Assembly: GCA_902595755.1 (NCBI GenBank)
Contig: CACJRF010000001.1
Coordinates: 65,447 to 129,446 of the forward strand
Direction: 5' to 3'
DNA length: 64,000 bases
Source: an uncultured Alphaproteobacteria bacterium
GTDB taxonomy: Bacteria; Pseudomonadota; Alphaproteobacteria; Methylaequorales; Methylaequoraceae
Position 1 is the first letter of the stretch; every line of letters starts with the position of its first letter. The notes beneath the pieces were generated by a model. It was given only the letters and a program-made list of their open reading frames with translations. It had not been told where the DNA came from and made no database searches. Of the stretch, positions 58,318-64,000 are shown one piece after another. The translations under genes were made by a program, and so were the position numbers.

Positions 58318-58817
58318 GCTTCTCCGGAGGTTTCCAGCATTGCAATCTCAATAGCATTTTTAGGACTCTTTTTTTTGTTAAAGAAAACATAAAATACAGG
58401 AAAAAACCTATCACACTCTTGAACCGCTATATCTACAAAGTGCTCAACTTGCTCAATCGTAATCGAATCCTGACCTTTTACTGAAGCTTTATGATTGAAG
58501 AAGATTGTATTTAATTTTGGATTAAAGTTGAAATGACCTAAACCAGTCTTTTCGTTTACTTTTGAAATAAGTAGATACACAGAATTATTAGTTCTCGTCT
58601 TTCTTGAATTATCTAAGTAAGTGCAAATTTCAAATATTTTTTTTTGCTCACTCCAGATAATTGAAATTTTATACGTGTTCCACAAACCTTTAGCGTTGAT
58701 TGTAACTTTATCTTCTGAATCTCTCAGGATATTGTCAAAAAATCTTGAAAAATACTCCTCAATATAATCTATTGGATTATTTTGCCGTATAATTTTATTT
58801 TGGTTGTCAAAACTCAC
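58314..58817 (-). CDS. YbjN-domain protein (putative chaperone/sensory-transduction-regulator family)
   Basis: 167 aa soluble protein directly upstream of proC and overlapping it by 4 nt. The NPID.IEE.. N-terminus and overall size resemble alphaproteobacterial YbjN-like proteins. Assignment is from memory of the family pattern only. Confidence 0.45.
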   Translation of the reverse strand: MSFDNQNKIIRQNNPIDYIEEYFSRFFDNILRDSEDKVTINAKGLWNTYKISIIWSEQKKIFEICTYLDNSRKTRTNNSVYLLISKVNEKTGLGHFNFNPKLNTIFFNHKASVKGQDSITIEQVEHFVDIAVQECDRFFPVFYVFFNKKKSPKNAIEIAMLETSGEA

Positions 58818-58898
58818 ATTATGATAATAATATAGAAATATAATTTAAACAACAACAATTAGTATGTTTTACTTTTTATTACACAAGATGTTGATACT

Positions 58899-59090
58899 AT
58901 GTTAAAAAATTCATTAGTTCTTTTATTACTAATCAGTTATATTTTTTCATTTTTTGTGTGGATTTATTGGTTTTATAAATCTCTAAAAAAGGACCCTTAC
59001 AATAAAAAAAAGATCTGTCTAATTAATATTTCAGGGTTTACTATTATTACATACCTAGTAAGTTTTATAATTCTTAAGGTTTTAGCCTAG
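58899..59090 (+). CDS. Small hypothetical membrane protein (two predicted TM helices)
   Basis: 63-aa ORF with two hydrophobic helices separated by a basic loop (KSLKKDPYNKKK). It fills the otherwise empty space before hldD. I recognise no homology. Confidence 0.4.
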   Translation: MLKNSLVLLLLISYIFSFFVWIYWFYKSLKKDPYNKKKICLINISGFTIITYLVSFIILKVLA

Positions 59091-59099
59091 AGGTTTTAG

Positions 59100-60053
59100 A
59101 TGATTATTGTAACAGGAGGAGCAGGATTTATCGGGTCAAATCTCGTTAATTTTCTATCTATGAACACTAACCAAAAGATTGTTTCTGTAGATTATCTTAA
59201 TGAGTCAAATAAAAATTATTTTAATTTAACGAATATTATCATGGTAAATCCTAAAAATTTAAAATCATTTCTTCGAAAATTTAAGAAAGAGGTTAAAGTA
59301 ATAGTTCATCTTGGAGCAATATCCTCAACAACATGTAATGATCCTAATTTAATTTTAGAAAATAATATAAGGTTATCAATTAGATTAAAAAATTGGTGTG
59401 ATAAGAATCTTAAAAGGTTTATATATGCATCATCGGCAGCAACTTATGGTGATGGTAATAACGGTTTTCTAGATAACTCAAATTTTGAATACTTGTCAAG
59501 ACTTACCCCCTTGAATCTTTATGGTTGGTCAAAGCAAATTATAGATTTAAACTTTTTTTCAAAAAAATTTGGTAAAAAACAATTAGTAGGACTGAAATTC
59601 TTTAACGTTTATGGTCCAAATGAGTTTCACAAAGACGAGATGAGAAGCATAGTGCTCAAGATATATGAACAGGTTAAAAGTAAAAAGTCAATTAAACTTT
59701 TCAAATCTCATAACAAAAATTATAAAGATGGAGAGCAATTAAGAGATTTTATTTATGTTAAAGATGTTGTTAAGGTAATTAGTTGGTTTATAAATAATCC
59801 TAATAAGAATGGGTTATTTAATGTTGGAAGTGGTCTACCTCGATCATTCAAGGATGTAACTAACGCCGTATTTAGAAATTTTAATTATCCTAAAAAAATA
59901 ACTTATATTAAAACACCAGAAAATATTAGAAATCAGTATCAATATTTTACTAAAGCTGAAATTTCTAAATTAAGGAAAGTAGGCTTCAAGGATAAATTTC
60001 TTTCCCTTGAAGACGGAATAAATGATTATGTTAATAACTATTTAAAATTTTAA
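59100..60053 (+). CDS. hldD: ADP-L-glycero-D-manno-heptose 6-epimerase
   Basis: 317 aa, colinear with E. coli HldD/RfaD: MIIVTGGAGFIGSN, ..YASSAATYG.., YG.SK and ..FFNVYGPNE.HK..M.S.. ..RDF.YV.DV. Confidence 0.88.
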   Translation: MIIVTGGAGFIGSNLVNFLSMNTNQKIVSVDYLNESNKNYFNLTNIIMVNPKNLKSFLRKFKKEVKVIVHLGAISSTTCNDPNLILENNIRLSIRLKNWCDKNLKRFIYASSAATYGDGNNGFLDNSNFEYLSRLTPLNLYGWSKQIIDLNFFSKKFGKKQLVGLKFFNVYGPNEFHKDEMRSIVLKIYEQVKSKKSIKLFKSHNKNYKDGEQLRDFIYVKDVVKVISWFINNPNKNGLFNVGSGLPRSFKDVTNAVFRNFNYPKKITYIKTPENIRNQYQYFTKAEISKLRKVGFKDKFLSLEDGINDYVNNYLKF

Positions 60054-60057
60054 ATAC

Positions 60058-60825
60058 ATGTATGTACACAATCTCAACCCTGTAGCTTTAGAGTTTTTTG
60101 GTTTAAAAATTTATTGGTACTCGCTTGCTTATCTCTTAGGATTTATTTTTAGTATTTTTTATTCTAAACTACTAATAAGAAAAGGTGTAATAGACCTTGA
60201 TACTGATGTCGTGGATAATTTTTTTAGTTGGGCGATAATTGGTGTAATATTTGGTGGCAGACTAGGGTATGTGATCTTTTATAATTTTGAGGTATACATT
60301 CAAAATATTATTGAAATTTTAAAGATATGGAAAGGAGGCATGTCATTTCACGGTGGCTTGATAGGTTTGGTAATAAGTATGTATATTTTTTCTAGGATAA
60401 ATAAAATAAATTTTATAGATTTATCTAATTTGGTAGCATGTAGTGCTCCTTTTGGTATTTTTTTAGGGAGAATAGCTAATTTTATAAATGCAGAGTTAGT
60501 TGGTAAACCTACTTTTTCTGACTGGGGTGTAAAATATTATAATGAGGAACTTTTAAGACACCCTAGTCAACTTTATGAGGCATTTTTTGAGGGTTTGGTA
60601 ATTTTTTTCATAATGATATTTTTTATAAAAGGTGGGTATCATAAAAAAATTAATCTAAGTGCGATCTTTTTAATCTTTTATGGTTTGTTCAGATTTTCAG
60701 TTGAGTATTTTAGAGAACCTGATAACCATATTGGTCATGTTATTTATAACTTAAGTATGGGGCAGATACTTTCTATTCCTGTAGTTATTTTAGGTTTTTC
60801 AATTATTAAATATGGAAAAAAGTAA
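60058..60825 (+). CDS. lgt: Phosphatidylglycerol--prolipoprotein diacylglyceryl transferase
   Basis: 255 aa polytopic protein with ..YW.YSLAY.LGF.., GGRLGYV.FYN, ..WKGGMSFHGGLIG.., RIANFIN.EL.G and ..RHPSQLYEA..EG. Confidence 0.93.
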   Translation: MYVHNLNPVALEFFGLKIYWYSLAYLLGFIFSIFYSKLLIRKGVIDLDTDVVDNFFSWAIIGVIFGGRLGYVIFYNFEVYIQNIIEILKIWKGGMSFHGGLIGLVISMYIFSRINKINFIDLSNLVACSAPFGIFLGRIANFINAELVGKPTFSDWGVKYYNEELLRHPSQLYEAFFEGLVIFFIMIFFIKGGYHKKINLSAIFLIFYGLFRFSVEYFREPDNHIGHVIYNLSMGQILSIPVVILGFSIIKYGKK

Positions 60826-61852
60826 AATTAAAAAAATTTTTAAGAGTGAATCAATTTCTTTGTCAAGATTTATGCATAAGTGTCTATATGATAAAGATTT
60901 GGGGTTTTACCAAAACAATAGAATTGGCTCTCATTTTACGACATCACCTGAAATAAGTCAGACTTTTGGGGAATGTATAGCAATATTTCTTTTTAGAGTT
61001 TCCCATGATTTTGGGGTAAGCAAATTTCTAGAGTTAGGTCCAGGAAATGGAACCTTAATGGCAGATATAATCAGAACAATATCAAAAATATCAAAAAAAA
61101 AATTTCTTTTTTATCTTTACGAAAAATCAAATTTTCTTAAAAAAATACAGTCAGAAACTTTAGCAAAATATAATTCTAAGAAAACTAAAATTTTAAGTAT
61201 TCAAAATTTAAGACTTAAAAAAAAACCATATCTTTTTTTTTGCAATGAATTTTTTGATGCTTTACCTTTAAATCAAATTGAAAAAAAAAATGATCTCCTT
61301 TTTGAAAAAAGGATTAAGTATACAGACGGCAAATTTAAATGGAAAGAATATTTAATTGAAAATAAAAATCTTAATTTTTTATCAAATGGTGATATTTGGG
61401 AGTATTCACCCTTAACTAACTTGTATATCAAAAAAATCTTAAATCACATAAAAAAATTTGGGGGTGGATTTTTAGTAATTGATTATGGTCCATATGTAAA
61501 AAAAAAAATCTCAACTATCCAGGCAATTTATAAATCTAAAAAATGTGACATACTTGATTATCCATTTTTTTCTGACATGACCTATCATTTTGATTTTTCA
61601 AATCTCAAAAAATTTTCTGAGGATTTTAATTTACAATTTCATGGACCAATCAATCAAAGAAAGTTTTTATACTTTAATGGAATTAATGAAAGAATAAATA
61701 TATTAATAAATCAGACACAGGATAACGATGTCAAAAAAAAACTCTCTATGCAATTTCATAGATTGACTGACCCGTTGGGTATGGGCGAGTTATTTAAGTT
61801 TGTATTTATAAGTAAGAACGATTTGAATTTTCCTTATTTCAAAAAATCATAA
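60812..61852 (+). CDS. SAM-dependent methyltransferase, MidA/NDUFAF7 family (DUF185)
   Basis: 346 aa with ..YY......G...HFTTSPEISQTFGE.. and ..ELGPGNGTLM.D., the characteristic family signature. Confidence 0.82.
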   Translation: MEKSKIKKIFKSESISLSRFMHKCLYDKDLGFYQNNRIGSHFTTSPEISQTFGECIAIFLFRVSHDFGVSKFLELGPGNGTLMADIIRTISKISKKKFLFYLYEKSNFLKKIQSETLAKYNSKKTKILSIQNLRLKKKPYLFFCNEFFDALPLNQIEKKNDLLFEKRIKYTDGKFKWKEYLIENKNLNFLSNGDIWEYSPLTNLYIKKILNHIKKFGGGFLVIDYGPYVKKKISTIQAIYKSKKCDILDYPFFSDMTYHFDFSNLKKFSEDFNLQFHGPINQRKFLYFNGINERINILINQTQDNDVKKKLSMQFHRLTDPLGMGELFKFVFISKNDLNFPYFKKS

Positions 61853-61854
61853 AA

Positions 61855-62583
61855 ATGAAAATAAACTATTATGATAAATATATTTTTAGTTTTTTCGACA
61901 AACAAAACCCACTCAATAATAAAGGTTCTCAATTTTTAAATTGTGCATTCGATAAAGGAGATTCAGACTACATTGTAAGGAATAACAGAAAGTTAGTATC
62001 TAAATTATTTTATAATAAAGAAATTATTTTTGTTAATCAGATTCATTCTTCAAAAATCTTTATTTTTGATAATATTTATCCCAATGATATAAAAGCTGAT
62101 GGCATAATCACAAGAAATAAGAATGTTTTATTAGGTATTTTAACTGCCGACTGTGCACCTATTGTTTTATTAGGGAATGAATATTTCGGAATTTTACATG
62201 TTGGCTGGCGTGGATTATTAGGTGATATAATTTTAAACGCTGTAAATATATTTATAAAAAGAGGAGAAAAAAAAGAGAATATTAAGTTTTTTATTGGACC
62301 ACATTTAAAATTTAAATCTTTTGAAGTACAAAGTGATTTTATAGAAAATATTAAGCAACTAAAAAATTTTAGTATTTATTTAAAAGAGAATCAAAATAAG
62401 ATATTCTTTAATTATACAAAGCTTATAGAAAACAAGATTAAAGAATTAGGTATTAATAATTATAAAACTTCTGGATTTGATACTTATTCAAACCCAAAAA
62501 AATTTTTTAGTCATAGATATTCTATGAAAAATGAATTAAAAGACTGTGGTAGACAGATAAGTTTAGTAGGTTATAACAAATGA
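61855..62583 (+). CDS. pgeF: Peptidoglycan editing factor PgeF / YfiH (laccase-domain, DUF152) protein
   Basis: 242 aa with ..VNQIHS.., DG.IT.......[11 protein letters not shown], ..HVGWRG and ..SHR. Confidence 0.85.
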   Translation: MKINYYDKYIFSFFDKQNPLNNKGSQFLNCAFDKGDSDYIVRNNRKLVSKLFYNKEIIFVNQIHSSKIFIFDNIYPNDIKADGIITRNKNVLLGILTADCAPIVLLGNEYFGILHVGWRGLLGDIILNAVNIFIKRGEKKENIKFFIGPHLKFKSFEVQSDFIENIKQLKNFSIYLKENQNKIFFNYTKLIENKIKELGINNYKTSGFDTYSNPKKFFSHRYSMKNELKDCGRQISLVGYNK

Positions 62584-63512
62584 AAATTGTATCAGGAAAT
62601 AGTAATTTACCACTGGCAAAAAAAATTTCAACACACCTTGGTATTCCTCTAGTTGATGCTACAATAAAAAAATTTCCAGATAAAGAAATTTTTGTTGAAA
62701 TTAAAGAGAATGTTCGAGGAGAGGATGTTTTTGTAATTCAATCAACTTCATTTCCTGCTAATGATCATGTTATGGAGCTTTTAATTACAATTGACGCCCT
62801 AAAAAGAGGATCTGCTAAAAGAATTGCAGCTATTGTTCCTTATTATGGATATGCAAGGCAAGATAGAAAGTCAGGACCTAGAACTCCGATTTCTGCAAAA
62901 CTATTAGCAAACTTAATCAGTATTGCGGGTGCAAATAGAGCTCTTATGGTAGACCTACATGCTGGACAAATCCAGGGCTTTTTTGATATTCCTACAGATA
63001 ACCTGTTTGCTGCTCCCGTCTTTATTTCTGATATAAAGAAAAAGTTTAAATCAGGGAATACTATAATCGTATCTCCTGATGTGGGAGGTGTAGTTAGAGC
63101 TAGAGCAATCGCTAAAAGAGTTGATTGTGATCTAGCAATAATTGATAAAAGAAGAGAAAGAGCAAGTGTTTCCGAAGTGGTGAATATTATTGGTGAGGTT
63201 AAAGGTAAAGATTGTATTTTAATTGACGATATATGCGATACGGCCGGAACATTAACAAATGCAGCAACAGCTCTTAAAAATGATAAAGCTAAATCAGTTT
63301 ATGCCTACATTACTCATGGTGTTCTGTCAGATCCTGCAATTGAAAGAATAGAAAATTCGCCTATTGATAAAATGATAATTACTGATAGTATTCTGGCAAG
63401 AGATGATGTAATAAAATCTAATAAAATTGATATTCTTTCTATAGCTCCACTAATTGGAGAGGCAATAGAAAGAATTACTGATAATAGATCAGTATCGAGT
63501 TTATTTGCATAA
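62580..63512 (+). CDS. prs: Ribose-phosphate pyrophosphokinase (PRPP synthetase)
   Basis: 310 aa with ..[35 protein letters not shown] and the PRPP loop [11 protein letters not shown]. Confidence 0.96.
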   Translation: MKIVSGNSNLPLAKKISTHLGIPLVDATIKKFPDKEIFVEIKENVRGEDVFVIQSTSFPANDHVMELLITIDALKRGSAKRIAAIVPYYGYARQDRKSGPRTPISAKLLANLISIAGANRALMVDLHAGQIQGFFDIPTDNLFAAPVFISDIKKKFKSGNTIIVSPDVGGVVRARAIAKRVDCDLAIIDKRRERASVSEVVNIIGEVKGKDCILIDDICDTAGTLTNAATALKNDKAKSVYAYITHGVLSDPAIERIENSPIDKMIITDSILARDDVIKSNKIDILSIAPLIGEAIERITDNRSVSSLFA

Positions 63513-63526
63513 TTGAGGAGATAAAT

Positions 63527-64000
63527 GTGACTGAAGTAACCCAGATTGAGGCAAAAAAAAGAGATTTAGTTGGAACTGGAATTTCTAGAGAGTTAAGAGG
63601 AAAAAAAATGATTCCTTGTATAATTTATGGGGAGAAAAAAGATCCAGTTCCAATACAAGTTGATGAAAAAAAACTAAGGGTACAAATAAGTGATGCTGGC
63701 TTTTTTTCGAAGCAATGTGAGATCAAAGTTGAAGAAAGTATTTATAAAGTGTTACCTAAAGACATTCAGCTACATCCTGTAAGTGAAAAAATACTTCATG
63801 TTGATTTTTTAAGAGTAGGTCAAAATACAACTGTTACTCTTTTTGTACCAGTTAAATTTATTAACGAAAATTCTAGTGAAGGTCTTAAACAAGGTGGGGT
63901 TCTTAATATCGTGAGACATGAAGTTGAAATTAAAACTCTGGTCTCAAAAATTCCTGAATTTCTAGAAGCCAACTTAGATGGTCTAGAAATTGGTGACAGT
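63527..64000 (+). CDS. rplY: 50S ribosomal protein L25/general stress protein Ctc, N-terminal part (runs past the window end)
   Basis: My own translation from GTG 63527 (SD GAGGAG 63515-63520) is open to 64000: VTEVTQIEAKKRDLVGTGISRELRGKKMIPCIIYGEKKDPVPIQVDEK..LHPVSEKILHVDFLRV..VPVKFINE..SEGLKQGGVLNIV.HEVEI. This is the typical L25/Ctc pattern in the usual position after prs. Confidence 0.85.
   Translation, partial: MTEVTQIEAKKRDLVGTGISRELRGKKMIPCIIYGEKKDPVPIQVDEKKLRVQISDAGFFSKQCEIKVEESIYKVLPKDIQLHPVSEKILHVDFLRVGQNTTVTLFVPVKFINENSSEGLKQGGVLNIVRHEVEIKTLVSKIPEFLEANLDGLEIGDS

Noticed and set aside
1-64000. Search for an accessory or novel system: transposases, integrases, phage modules, CRISPR arrays, toxin-antitoxin pairs, restriction or other defence genes, and clusters of unknown ORFs.
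   Set aside because: Nearly every ORF above about 150 aa is a recognisable housekeeping gene in conserved synteny. The only unassigned ORFs are a 195-aa SH3-like protein and a 63-aa membrane peptide. There are no repeat-spacer arrays and no large inverted or direct repeats. I therefore do not claim a novel system here.

Overview
This is a visibly AT-rich (roughly 70% A+T by eye, not computed) and extremely compact chromosomal core segment. Composition, protein motifs (e.g. the FtsZ C-terminal ..[10 protein letters not shown]) and gene order point to a streamlined alphaproteobacterium, Pelagibacterales/SAR11-like; this cannot be proven without a database search. I support about 60 protein genes, one RNase P RNA and one tRNA(CAT). 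Contents in order: AsmA-like (partial), an SH3-like secreted protein and an AmpD-like amidase; rnpB; a complete dcw division/cell-wall cluster (mraZ-ftsZ-rsmH-ftsL-ftsI-murE-murF-mraY-murD-ftsW-murG-murC-murB-ddl-ftsQ-ftsA) followed by lpxC, bamD and recN. A minus-strand run follows: metF, metH (two ORFs), uvrD, prmA, pepP. Then come mlaA-mlaC; tRNA-CAT; yqeY-dnaG-rpoD (minus); carAB, greA, trxB; panE and an aspartate aminotransferase (minus); uvrB, an SDR, uvrC, pgsA, mobB-moeA-moaD-moaE; ilvE (minus); an OmpR/EnvZ-type two-component pair; ybjN-like and proC (minus); hldD, lgt, a MidA-like methyltransferase, pgeF, prs and the start of rplY. I see no transposase, integrase, phage, CRISPR, toxin-antitoxin or recognisable defence gene, and no evidence for a novel accessory system. 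This reads as ordinary core genome. The points worth a second look are organisational. (1) ftsZ sits between mraZ and rsmH instead of after ftsA. (2) An MraZ-operator-like TGGGA repeat array with 10-bp phasing overlaps the candidate promoter of the cluster. (3) A cobalamin-type MetH is split into two ORFs that are exactly one nucleotide (a T4 run) away from a fused 1227-codon gene. (4) An unusually large 280-bp spacer before uvrC carries palindromes, 17-nt terminal inverted repeats and DnaA-box-like sites. (5) Several convergent gene pairs overlap, and long homopolymer tracts lie inside essential genes. Most other ORF-track entries are nested antisense or alternate-frame ORFs that I regard as spurious.
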